DNA from: Botryllus schlosseri
Taxonomy: Eukaryota
Direction of reading: 5' to 3'
DNA: 64,000 nucleotides
Assembly: GCA_051294905.1 (NCBI GenBank)
Contig: CM119372.1
Span: 33,048,001-33,112,000 of the forward strand
Shown: piece by piece, positions 12,284-23,547 of the stretch
Layout: each line of letters begins with the position of its first letter
Numbering within the stretch: the stretch's first letter is position 1
The notes under the pieces: model-generated
Told to the model about the DNA's origin: nothing
The model's database searches: none
What the model saw: the letters and a program-made list of their open reading frames with translations, nothing else
Position numbers and translations under genes: made by a program

Positions 12284-13578
12284 CAGAGATGGCCACAGTC
12301 CGGTTCAGGAGCCGGAGCCGGAGCAGGATTTTGATGAATTTTACTGTGGCCGGATCGGAGCCGGATTCTGAAACTGCCATATGAGCCGGATTTAAACAGG
12401 ATTTGATATTCATAACAAATATTGGGTGATAAAAGGTTCAAGATATCTTATATTCAATGAAAAAAGCTGCTTCGATATTATTTCCGTAGTTAAATCATAG
12501 CCTTTATAAGCCTTATAAAGGCTATGGTTAAATGCATTCACTGCTATGGATCAAGCCCAGGCTTGTTCCGACAATAAATGACAACGTTGAAATCGCTGAT
12601 ACCGGTCACGTCGTTGAAATGCGTAAGCAACATAAGTAAAGTTTCTGCAATGATGAGATTACTGCTGGATGAGATGAGGACGAAGGCAGGCTCCAGCAAG
12701 CGAGCTGCAGAAGTGTTTGTTTTCGAATTAAGTTGCTCCTCAGATATTGATTCTTATACTTCCTGTTCATCAGCCATTAGGGTACTTGATATCAGTTGTC
12801 AGGATGACAGAAAAGCGAGGTATCGGTATTGTTGCCGAATGCAGAGGTAACTGGTGGTTCTGATTTCTGATGTCATTTGGAATGATTGTGTGGTGTGGTA
12901 ATGTATGAATATATGCTGGCATGGTCAATTGGTCATGTTTATGATTTCGGAAACACTAGAACTGAAGTACCACCGGTACTCTATGATTGATTGTGCACAT
13001 CATCATGCTGATTATATAATATTATATATATTTCCTATTCATTGCTGCTCTGTCAAGTGATCATTTTGATTGATTCATCCATTTTGTTTGATACATGTCT
13101 GTTCTGTGAAAATTTAGTTCTATTCTTCAGTAGTACTATAGGCCTAGTTGTCTTGGCCAAGTCACAATGCACAAATCTGATTTTGTTGTTGGCATCATGG
13201 CATGCCTGGGTTACTATGTTTACCCCCTCCGTAAAGCAACTAATATTGCTTTCTCTGTTCTCACAGTCTTTTTAGCTCATTTCCCCTGCCTAGTTCCTAC
13301 TACTCGCATTTATATTCAAGATATATACCGTACCTAACATTATTGATTCGAAATGTGATATAAATAAACCCTTGTAAGGCATTACTTGATACTAATTTGG
13401 TGATTATAATGTTCATATCTGTTTTGCAGGCTATATTTAATGTGAAATAGCACTAAAGCAATAGCAGGATTTTTTCGGATCCTAATTTTGTTGCTCAACT
13501 GTCGGACTCCGAAATCCTATTTGACTGTCGGATCAGGACGGATACGGATTCCCAAAATCTGGAATCCGCCCATCTCTG
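12284..13578. mobile_element. Non-autonomous hAT-type element
   Basis: Termini CAGAGATGG...CCATCTCTG; 8-bp TSD CTCGTGAC (12276-12283, 13579-13586). Shorter relative at 50902-51170. Confidence 0.9.
12496..12526. mobile_element. 31-bp perfect palindrome with 7-bp TSD (P-type footprint or minimal MITE)
   Basis: catagcctttataag-c-cttataaaggctatg flanked by GTTAAAT on both sides. Confidence 0.7.
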
Positions 13579-14098
13579 CTCGTGACTATTTACTTGATAC
13601 ATATTCAACACCATGCGAGAGATTCCTATATCCGAAATACGATTCACGACCGCACCCATAAGAACACATGGCGAATCACCAGAGACTCAGTAAGAATACA
13701 CGACAGCCACATCATCGCCGCTCGCCACCCCGGGTTTCGTGTTAGCATCAATAACCGCTCGCCATCCCCGCCATAAGACGCAATAGCCGCATGCGACCGC
13801 ACCCATAAGAACACATGGCGAGTCACCACAGATCCCGTAAGAATACACGGCAGGCGAATCACCGTCACCGCCTATAGTAAAAAAGGCGAGTCACGACCAC
13901 GAGTTTTCACGATATACACATTAACAAAGATTCATTCACATGACTATTTACTTGATACATATTCAACACCGGTCTAGAGATGGCTATACTAGCACCGGTT
14001 GAGTGATGCATATACCGAAAAGGGTCACCGGTTCAAGACGAGTTTTCGCGGCACCGGTCGAGTGATCCCTATACCGAAAAGGGTTACCGGTCGAGAGA

Positions 14099-17000
14099 TG
14101 TTCCGACGCGTCACTGAAGTGAATGCGTGGCGCTTTGTCAGGTGTCGGATCCTGTCTGCTGCACACTAAATCTGGCTCGGACTAGTCAAACTGTTGCGTA
14201 TCAACTCTCTTCGGTTGTCGAATACAAGCAGTCCAAATGAATATACGGAACAGCTTGTTCAAAATATGAAGATACGTAAATGGTGAGATTCGCAAGATTG
14301 CTTGCTCGTCCGATAACAGTTGAAAAAGAGAATGAAACAACAGCAACAGTGAAATATAAAGGTAAACGAGAACGGACGGCGCAACAATTAAATTAACCAA
14401 TCACCAAATCAAACAAGAGCAATTAAGAGTTGTCGTGGAGAATAACGGAATGCAAATAAAGGACAGTAACTAAAACATGACTCGTCAAAACACTCCCCCA
14501 CTTGACCGGCTGTAATCGGTCAACAGATTCTTTCATCATCTATCCAAATCCCAAAGACGAAGGAATGGATGTAGAATTACCGCCGAACCCGCTGATGTCG
14601 AAACAATCGCTTTTAATCGGTGATAGCTTCAATGAATCAGCTAGATCACGAGTTACAAAGCTCTTACGGGAAAAAGGGTCAAAGGCGATTTTAACCGCTT
14701 TACCATCACCACTGTGGTTAATCCGTCCCAACGCAGTAGGCAAGAATGTGTTTGAATCAGAATCCCGCAATGCAGAGGTGGAAACGTCAATAGTTGTTAC
14801 CATACACTTGGAGTCGCTCGATGGTTCCGCAGAAACGTGCAGCAATTTGTGGTGGGTTTTCCCACAACCAGTGACGGTACAACGTTCCCTGCACTGATGA
14901 AAGTGTTTCGGGTGGCCTTTGTGTCCCTTCGGTGATAAGCATTTAAAACACACTTTCCCAGGCTTCATAACCAAGTCGGCCAATCGCTGGGGTGGGTTTA
15001 ATTTCATAAATTTCATACAATCTTTCAACAGATGAGGTTTTGTGCAGTAGGTGCATGAAAGCGGGACAGACTGAATGACGAGAGAATGAGCAGAAAAGGA
15101 ATTATCAGCTTTCTCGATTCCAACACTAACCTGTTTGCCTTCATGTGGGGACTTTTCACGTGCGTCAGCAGGGCGACGCCAATTCTTGGACTTCTGCAAA
15201 GATTCCATCGTTGCCAACTCCGTTGATAAAAATTCAAACAGAAGATCGGAATCAGGAACCTCGTCGGCTTCGATCAGGGGACTAGTTTTCCTGATCCAAC
15301 GCTCAAGCAACGTACCCGGCAACTGGGACTCTAGTACTTGTGTAAAGAGTTGGTCCCAAGAGACGTCATACTGCGATAAAATAGCCTTTTTGGCAGTAGC
15401 GGCATCGAGAAGTTGTCTGACTTTGTCGATCTTGAATTCTACTTTCTCACCTTGCAGTAAGTCTTCGATGTGATTTCTCACGATCGCTTGCTTCTTTCCG
15501 TACCTCTTAAGAACGGCTTCCACTGCAGGCTCATAATTCACTGCCGTTGATGAGAAACCATTGAGAAGGCCGGATGACGATCCTTTAAGAGCCGCCTTTA
15601 AATACGAAATTTTGTAGAAGCGACTGACCTTCGGATTCTTATGAACCAACGGCTCGAACGACTCCCAGAATTGAGGAAATGTCAAAATGTCACCATTAAA
15701 TGTAGGCGGCACAATCCCACTCGGTAGAGATCCAGCGGCGTGTTCGGCTTCCTCGGCAGCTTTAAGTGATGAGGACTTTGATTGCGCAAGAGGAATGCGA
15801 GCAAAATAAATTTCTTTTGATCTTCTCATTCCATCAATGATTTCGGTCTTGACATCACCATCGTCAAGGCGATCGATCTTGGAATCCACGAATGTCTTGA
15901 GATCGGTCATTGATATTTCTACCGACCGTATGAAGACGTTGATTCCTTCGGCAGATGTGGAATACTCATATTTATTTTTAAGCGCTTCCAAAGACTCGAC
16001 GACTTCGGCATTCATGCGTCTGAATTTCCTTATAGTAACATCAGGTAGACATGAATCTCCAATGTTTGCCGATGGATGGTTTTCGGGCTTCTTGACAGCG
16101 TCTTTCAAGAATTCCCCCAAGTCTTTTGTTAACTGCTGGCGAATTTCTTCCAGTTGCAGTTGGAACCGACTTTCGCTTTCCTCACGATCCAGCACCTGTC
16201 TCTTCCTGAGCTCTTCGAGCTGCAACTGAAACTTGCGATTGGCAGCTTCACGATCTAATTGCTGCTGCTGGCGATCAGCTTCACGATCTAATTGCTGCTG
16301 CTGACGATCGAGATCTTGCTGATGCTTCATCATCTGAAAAAGCATAACCAGTTCAGATGGACTCTCAGTAGTGCTCAGTGGTGAGGACTTCGGCTCTGTC
16401 TTCTGTGAAGGCTTGGTCAAATCACGGATTTTCCTTAATCGCTCCGTTAATACCGCCTTGCTCCCACTTGTAGTTTCGCCAAGATCTTGTAATTCGGATC
16501 GTAAATCGTCGACCGTCATCTTAGCTAATGACTTCCAAGTCGGTGCTAGGGTTGGAGACTTGCGGGAATCCGTAGGAGATTTCACAAAAGACATCACTCA
16601 AACGTATGGAAAATATATAATTATTAGCAGATTTAGTGCCAAGCAGAGTCGATCGATCTTCGTTGGGCAGCAGAGTCTTGAATGTAGACTAATACCATGC
16701 GGCGCCTAAATTGAAGAGCGTATCGACAATATCGGCTTTAATTGGCTTCTTGCGAATTGTTCCGACGCGTCACTGAAGTGAATGCGTGGCGCTTTGTCAG
16801 GTGTCGGATCCTGTCTGCTGCACACTAAATCTGGCTCGGACTAGTCAAACTGTTGCGTATCAACTCTCTTCGGTTGTCGAATACAAGCAGTCCAAATGAA
16901 TATACGGAACAGCTTGTTCAAAATATGAAGATACGTAAATGGTGAGATTCGCAAGATTGCTTGCTCGTCCGATAACAGTTGAAAAAGAGAATGAAACAAC

Positions 17001-17151
17001 AGCAACAGTGAAATATAAAGGTAAACGAGAACGGACGGCGCAACAATTAAATTAACCAATCACCAAATCAAACAAGAGCAATTAAGAGTTGTCGTGGAGA
17101 ATAACGGAATGCAAATAAAGGACAGTAACTAAAACATGACTCGTCAAAACA
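14099..17151 (-). mobile_element. BEL/Pao LTR retrotransposon, internally deleted (no RT/RNase H/integrase)
   Basis: 394-bp apparently identical LTRs at 14099-14492 and 16758-17151 (TG..CA); PPT GTGGGGGAG on the - strand; Gag ORF between them. Confidence 0.92.
14540..16597 (-). CDS. gag: BEL/Pao Gag with N-terminal SAP domain, DUF1759-like core, three Cys/His knuckles and a truncated protease
   Basis: LAKMTVDDLRSELQDLGETTSGSKAVLTERLR (SAP-like); PTFNGDILTFPQFWESF..KISYLKAALKG (DUF1759-like); CTYCTKPHLLKDC, CFKCL..H..C, CTVTGCGKTHHKLLH; AFDPFSRKSFVT. Confidence 0.88.
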   Translation of the reverse strand: MMSFVKSPTDSRKSPTLAPTWKSLAKMTVDDLRSELQDLGETTSGSKAVLTERLRKIRDLTKPSQKTEPKSSPLSTTESPSELVMLFQMMKHQQDLDRQQQQLDREADRQQQQLDREAANRKFQLQLEELRKRQVLDREESESRFQLQLEEIRQQLTKDLGEFLKDAVKKPENHPSANIGDSCLPDVTIRKFRRMNAEVVESLEALKNKYEYSTSAEGINVFIRSVEISMTDLKTFVDSKIDRLDDGDVKTEIIDGMRRSKEIYFARIPLAQSKSSSLKAAEEAEHAAGSLPSGIVPPTFNGDILTFPQFWESFEPLVHKNPKVSRFYKISYLKAALKGSSSGLLNGFSSTAVNYEPAVEAVLKRYGKKQAIVRNHIEDLLQGEKVEFKIDKVRQLLDAATAKKAILSQYDVSWDQLFTQVLESQLPGTLLERWIRKTSPLIEADEVPDSDLLFEFLSTELATMESLQKSKNWRRPADAREKSPHEGKQVSVGIEKADNSFSAHSLVIQSVPLSCTYCTKPHLLKDCMKFMKLNPPQRLADLVMKPGKVCFKCLSPKGHKGHPKHFHQCRERCTVTGCGKTHHKLLHVSAEPSSDSKCMVTTIDVSTSALRDSDSNTFLPTALGRINHSGDGKAVKIAFDPFSRKSFVTRDLADSLKLSPIKSDCFDISGFGGNSTSIPSSLGFG

Positions 17152-19150
17152 GATGGCTATACTAGCACCGGTTGAGTGATCCCTATACCGAAAAGGGTCA
17201 CCGGTTCAAGACGAGTTTCGAGGCACTTGTCGAGAGATCCCTATACTCATAAGGCACCGGTCGGGTGGAAGGGGGGTCTGAAAGGGTCACCGGTTCAGGA
17301 CGAGTTTTCAGGCACATCACCACCGCAGCCTATATCTGAAAGGGTACCATCATCACCGCACCCATAAGAACACATGGCGACTCATCACAGATCCCGTAAG
17401 AATACATGACAGGCACATCATCACCGCGGCCTATAGCAAACAAGGCGAATCACGACCACGAGTTTTCCATACGAGTCACCGCCGCAGCCTATACCCACAA
17501 CGTTAGCATGCGACCGATTACTATACTGAAAAGGTTTACCGTGCCACCACAAGACATAAGAGCCGCTTGCGACCCCCGCCATAAGACCTAAGAACCGCTT
17601 GCCACCCCCGTCATAAGACACAATAGCCGCTCGCCACCCCCGCCATAAGACATAAGAGCCGCTCACCACCCCCGCCATAAGACGCAATAGCCGCTCGCCA
17701 CCGCGCCCATAAGAAATAAGAGCCGCTCGCCACCCCCGGTTTCCCAGCCCCTCGCCACCGCGCCCATAAGAACCCCACGCTAGTTCGCGACCGATCATAC
17801 ATACTACTATCATGTAACTGTATGGCAAGCACAAGCACATGAACAGACCAGGTGATGATCCGACTAATATAATCCTATTGTTATCTGAGTATATTTATAG
17901 TTCCGACAGGGACACTCAGAGCGAGCGAGAGAGAGAGAGAGTTAGTTAGTTGGGCACCCCTAGCAAGTTAATCAGAGGCATTGGTTATCAGCACATTCGA
18001 ACCCAAACCCTGATCATGATTTGGCAGTTATTTATATATTTCCACTATACATTGGTCTGTGATTATTCCAAATAAAAGTGATCGTCGTAGGATTAATCAA
18101 TCGAAAGCCACTTTCAATCTGTTCAGGTCGCTGAAAATACATGAAATCATCCTTAGAAATAGGGAATGGATGGCATTGCATTGAACTTTCGCAGCGCGAT
18201 GATATAATTAGTACCGGTACACTATTAAGTATTCGCGCTGCGCCCCAATTGTTTCATGCGATGTGTCGAGAGGAAAACAACGTTTTTTGTGCGATTCGCA
18301 GTGTTAACCAAGCAAAATGTGTATTATGAACTGTTGTAAATTCAATATGAAAGGCTTCAATGACTGTATGAGTGTATTCGACGACTATCAGGCTCCACTT
18401 TCACAGCTATCTCGTGCCTTTTGAGTGAAATAGAGGATCTGGGTTTTTCTGGGTTTATTTCGCCTCCACATCTGGGTTTTTCCGAAATAGCCCAGTGGCA
18501 TCTCTGGAGTTGATTAGGGAGTTGGCTGAGAGCGTGGCTGAAGATGGATGTGAGTGAGTATGTCTCTGTGTTTGGTAGCCTGAAGTATGAGAAGTCGGGC
18601 ACATCAGCATGAAGTTGTTGTAGTAGTGACAGAGGAGTGAAGTAGCAGGTAGTTGGCATTGTATTCGTAGGCTAGAGGTGGATGTATCCTGTCGGAATCT
18701 ATGTTCAGATAGATTGACTGGGGCATGGAAAAATAACGGACGATGCTGTGCGAGCATCTGCGGAGTGATATTGTACCCTAGTTAGTCCCTCGCCTGTAGC
18801 TGGCAAGGCTGCTGCTGGTGTAGGTTTAGGCCTATAACTGTCGGAATACGCGGTTTGTGTGAACTTGTATGCTGCTGTTTGTAGGCCTGTGTCTCGTATT
18901 GGTAGGTCGTCTGTGTATACGTTGTCAGTTTGTATGTGTCGCTATGTAGTGTGAGAATATGAGTCTAGTGTGAAACGCCGTTTAGAGTGCTGTGTGGTGG
19001 AATATAATCTTATTATTACCGTATGGACTTGTGTACTGTCTTAGGCGTTTCGTGTTACGAGCGCGGAGCAGGCGGCGACCCGCTTCCCTGCTAGGTACGT
19101 AACGCCGTATCAGGGTCGCTACATTAGATAACTACTAGCATCATCAAGTT

Positions 19151-20030
19151 CTACGTACCAAAATACATTTTTACATCACACAGCGTAAATACTTTGGCAT
19201 TGTGCATATATAGTAACACGTCATCAACTGTCTGCATTGGATAGTTGTTGCGTTTTTGGGCTTTGCTCAGCGCCAGGGGATGAAGGCAGAAGCGGATATC
19301 TCCAGGTTGCTTTTTTACAGTGACCAGATTAGATATCCAGGGAGTATGGCAATCTACGGGAGCTATTATGTCAGCATCTACCAAACTATCAATTTTCTCA
19401 TTCGCTCGTGCTTCAAGCGCCAGGGGTATTATGCGAACAGGCATATGAACTGAACACTGTACAGGAGTGATAGTGTCATCAATTTCCATGTGAGGTTTAC
19501 CCTCTAGCTTTCACGTACCATTGAAAACATCAGAAAATTGTTCACATATTTGATCAAATTCCAGTGTAGCAAAATTGGCGAATTCAGAATCCTTCGCTAT
19601 AAGAGCTTGTACTGAAGGTTCCTCGATCATTATCTTTTCAAAATTGATCGTAATTAGTTTCATCCTTTCAGCGTCTGCGGAACCAATGATGGAAGTGTTT
19701 GGCTTCTCAACCACTAGGCCTACAAATTATAGCAAGTAGTTTTCACCATTCTTTTATTGGTGATTTCCAACGTTGTTATTCCGAGAGGCCTTATCACTTC
19801 CTCGTTATATACAACCAGTCTCATAGAATTAGGTTTCAAGTTGAGCATTGTTGTGTCACCAGTTGCATTTAAGTAATCTCACCACGTAAGAACATTTACG
19901 GTTGCGCAACAATCAATTTGGAATTTTACATACAGGTTAACAAGGTATAGCAGAGCAAATATTTTCTTAACATAGGATTCCTCTGTAGCACTCGCATGTT
20001 CAAACGAGAGAACTTCGTCATCCTACACTC
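19151..20030 (-). pseudogene. Degenerate Gypsy pol fragment (protease plus N-terminal RT)
   Basis: VKFQIDCCATVNVL protease-like motif near 19890-19930; PWISNLVTVKKQPGDIRFC..YPMQTVDDVL..AKVFTLCDVK RT motifs; frameshifts and stops. Confidence 0.85.
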
Positions 20031-20714
20031 TCCATAAAAATGAAAAATTCGAGGCTAATTGTGGGGGTTGCAGGGCCATGAGCGAAATAAAATTTATATT
20101 TTCGTAATCAGTACAGCGTCCGCTTTCGATTGATACCCGTTTCATCAAATTTGATGCTCGACAAGCCGGTCAAAAATTACCATCAAATTGCCTTCAGCCA
20201 AATGGAAAATGTGACGTAGACCAATTTCACTGAGCCATGAGATTTGCTTGTGTCCACACCATATAGTACACTATGGTGTCACCTACCCCTAAATTGTACT
20301 GTACAATGTAGAAGTCTTGCATAAGCCACAAGGAAAGAAACAACTCGAAAATAATACGCTTATTGATGACAAATAATATCGCGAGTCTTTGGAGTTATGA
20401 ATTAACACAATATTTCTAGCATACAATTAAAATTCGCTTTCTTTTTCGGGAGTAACCAGGATCAAAACATCACCGTCGAGCTAAGACCAGCTGAGCTGGG
20501 ATCTAATGCTGAAATTTCAATATCCGAAGCAACCGATTCCTAATCAAATTCTTCAGACGCCGCATTCACCGAAGACTTTTTTCAATCCCATACAAAAAAG
20601 GCCTTCCTCTCCGCCGACCCCACAACTCTGGCCGAGATTCAAAACAGACTATGTCTAGGAAGCGCGCAAAACCGAAGGATGACGTCGATCCCGCTATCGT
20701 GAATTGCTTTAAAG

Positions 20715-22036
20715 CAGGGGTTCTCAACCTGGGGGGCGCGGGAGGCTCTCAGGGGGGGCGCGAGAAATTTTTGTCAATGTCTGTATAAATTGTGACTAAA
20801 CATGCGTTTCACAACCATTCTGAAGATACGATTATTGAAGATTAAACTTAATTCGTATTCTAGAAAGCTTGACAAACTCAAACTCCAGCAGTCGCGCTCA
20901 ACGGAGTATAGGCTGACTTCAACTTCATTTGAGCAAATTTCTGATATTCTTTGAAGATTTAGAGAAATTCCTACGTGCAAGTCATTCATTACTTTATAGC
21001 TTTGGCAGTAGCCTAAATCTCTGTGCGCTAGGTAGCTGTTGTTGATAGCTGGCGAACTGCACTGCCTAAGACAGACTTAGATGCAATATAGGTTGCCCGG
21101 TTTCGCCCTCAATTTGGCTATAAATCAACACAATTTAATTCATTTCCAAAACTGATCAAATTTAGCATGGCAGGACAGAACGACGCCGTGCTCTCTGTAG
21201 TCACTACCAGCATCAGGATTGGTCTCAGTGCAACCTACCTTGAAATTGATTGATGTCCTTTTCAATGTTTTTTTGTTATTTTCAAACAAGTTTGGGGAAA
21301 TTTGTCAGCAACGTAAAAGACTAAACAACTGTAATGCGGATTCAAAATTGGCGTAAGATATACTTTATGTATACTATTATATCAGGGGTGGGCAGCCCGT
21401 ATGGCCGCATGCGACCGCGTAGAAGGGAATTTGTGCGGCCGTCGACGCCTAATTCAATTAGTATGTGTTTGCAGCCGTAGACATGCAAATTGCAATTACG
21501 AATTCACTCCCGAATTTTCGAGGGATTTTATTTAATCTTGAAATTTTCTTCGCGCTCCGCGCAATTCAACAAAACTTCATTTTTCGATCTTAATGCAGTA
21601 GCGCCCTTCTCAACTGGAGCAGGAATGGGAATCCTCAAGCAATAACAATTCATTCGCGGCTCTGAAAAATTTTCGCGCTCCGCGCGACAATACGTACTAC
21701 CATCAACTATTCATGACATTGCCACTCGCGATTTCGGTGCGTACAATAGGCCGTTGTGAAAAGTAGAATAGTCCGGAGTTCACCGGGAATGGATATGGAC
21801 AGTTTACCATAGGTACTTTGCGTCCAGATCGTTCATTGCGGCTATGCCCTGGAATGCGGCCTTAGGCTACATAAGTTGTCGAAATGCGGCCATGATTAGC
21901 AGGAAGGTTGCCCACCTCTGTGTTAGATGATGTGCTCTTTTTGACATGACGATAAATGTAAGGAGGGTCAGGGGGGGCGCGATTTTTCTGACTATCGCCA
22001 AGGGGGGCGCGTGTCAAAAAAGGTTGAGAACCGCTG
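20715..22036 (+). mobile_element. hAT MITE carrying a nested hAT MITE (21383-21920)
   Basis: Termini CAGGGGTTCTCAACC...GGTTGAGAACCGCTG; TSD CTTTAAAG. Inverted copy at 55532-56862. Confidence 0.9.
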
Positions 22037-22852
22037 CTTTAAAGAGTAAACTGATCCGGATGAACATTTTGTTCGATAATACATCGCCGCCGCTGAACTG
22101 AAATCTCTTGACGAGCCTATGAGATCTGAAGCCAAATTCAAAAATCACCACTATATTTACAAATTGAAGACGTCAAATTGAAATGAAATGAAGGAGACAG
22201 AGAAACCGGGTCTCTAAGGTTCAAGTACGGTGAACTCAAGGTGTCGGATATATTGGAGAGAATAAAAAGATTCGTAGAATGGATTATTAATGACTTTCAT
22301 CCGGGAGTATCTCAGGAACTACCCGGTACCAAATGGTTCTAAAACTCTGTGCTCGTGTATTGTGTCTCAATGCTCGAACGCTCTTTCATCTCAATTGCTG
22401 CTGTTATCGTAGGCTACTACACAGGCATTGCAAAAGAACATTATCAGGCAGTGTTTCTGTACTTTGATTATTTTGACATATGTAGCCACTAGGGATGGAA
22501 AAAACGAATCGCTGATTCGAATTCGATCCTAATCATGTTTCATACCATATGATTCAAATCGGGCGAATCGAATCAACAGAAATTATGATCAATTCCTGGA
22601 TTGTTTTTGTTGTTGGCCAAAGTGGTGACGTTATTTTCTTGTCATCAGCAAGTTTTTCTTACATGGGCATTGGGCATGGACAATTTCAGCTTGAATATTG
22701 GACAGATGAAAAATGTTAGGGACCGGCGTGCTAAACTAACAAGGAGTGCGTTTATCATCACGCTGTATAACTGCTAGGGGTGAGAGTATTCAATAAACTT
22801 GTGTGTATGGACATCGAACTTAATTAGATAGAATCAAACAATGACACTATGG

Positions 22853-23181
22853 TAGGGTTACCATATTTTGGAATCAGAAAAAGAGGACACTTTTTCAAAC
22901 TTACAATACCGGAGGGAAATCTTCAAAAAATGGCAAATTTTTGCCACTTCGTGGTCGGTTGACTTCGGCTTAGCTCCCGAAATAGCCGCCGGTGCGTTAC
23001 TTCAGTACTGATTTGCTGTATCTCAGTCGAACTTTACCCTATATTTAACCAAAATTCTCAAAAAATAGGTCAAAATATCAAAAAGGCGGACATTTAGACG
23101 TCCTCGGAGGACATCTTCAAAATCCTGAAAAAAAGAGGACAAATCCTCCTAAAGGAGGACGTATGGTAATTGGTAACCCTA
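22853..23181. mobile_element. TAGGGTTACC-terminus hAT-like MITE
   Basis: TAGGGTTACCATA...GGTAACCCTA; related copies at 34062-34413 and ~45460-45693. Confidence 0.75.
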
Positions 23182-23300
23182 CAGTTTGCATATTTTCAAT
23201 GTGAGCGCGAGTGTGACAATTTTGTAAAATTGACCAGGCTACACCTGTCTCTCCAATTTTCTGTAAAGAAAGTAAGCAATGGCTTCTAATTTAGGGTGTT

Positions 23301-23531
23301 TTGGTTAAGACACCTGAACGAATGTTCTTATCGTCCGTGTTCAGAAAACCTACCTTCACTGGGGAATTTATTCGTTGGGATTCGTTTTCTCCTAAGCATC
23401 GCAGGTTGAATTTAAAATCAAGTTTGGTTCAACGAACAGTGCGCCTTCGTTCGTCTGAGAAACTTCCACATGAGTTAGATAAGATTCCCTCAATTCTTTT
23501 GAGCAATGGTCACCCTGAGAGCATTTATTGA
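23301..23531 (+). pseudogene. Penelope-like retroelement RT C-terminal fragment
   Basis: VFRKPTFTGEFIRWDSFSPK..LVQR..ELDKI.SILLSNGHP resembles the PLE RT thumb/linker region. Confidence 0.7.
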
Positions 23532-23547
23532 AAAGCTTAGTTGCAAA

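Larger units (their letters stand above)
13587..17808. repeat. GC-rich subterminal repeat/minisatellite region (interrupted by the BEL element) ending in ACTACT
   Basis: ~32-bp units gccgctcgccacccccgccataagac.. at ~17540-17775; caccggt and accgcacccataagaacacatggcga repeats occur on both sides of the BEL insertion. Confidence 0.75.

Noticed and set aside
17540..17775. CRISPR-like array
   Set aside because: Contiguous degenerate tandem units with no unique spacers, no cas genes, eukaryotic context.
18340..19123. Possible solo LTR ending GCTACA next to the Gypsy fragment
   Set aside because: Could not define a matching 5' TG end or TSD.
20250..20283. Short imperfect palindrome resembling a second P-type footprint
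   Set aside because: Arms imperfect and no clean TSD.
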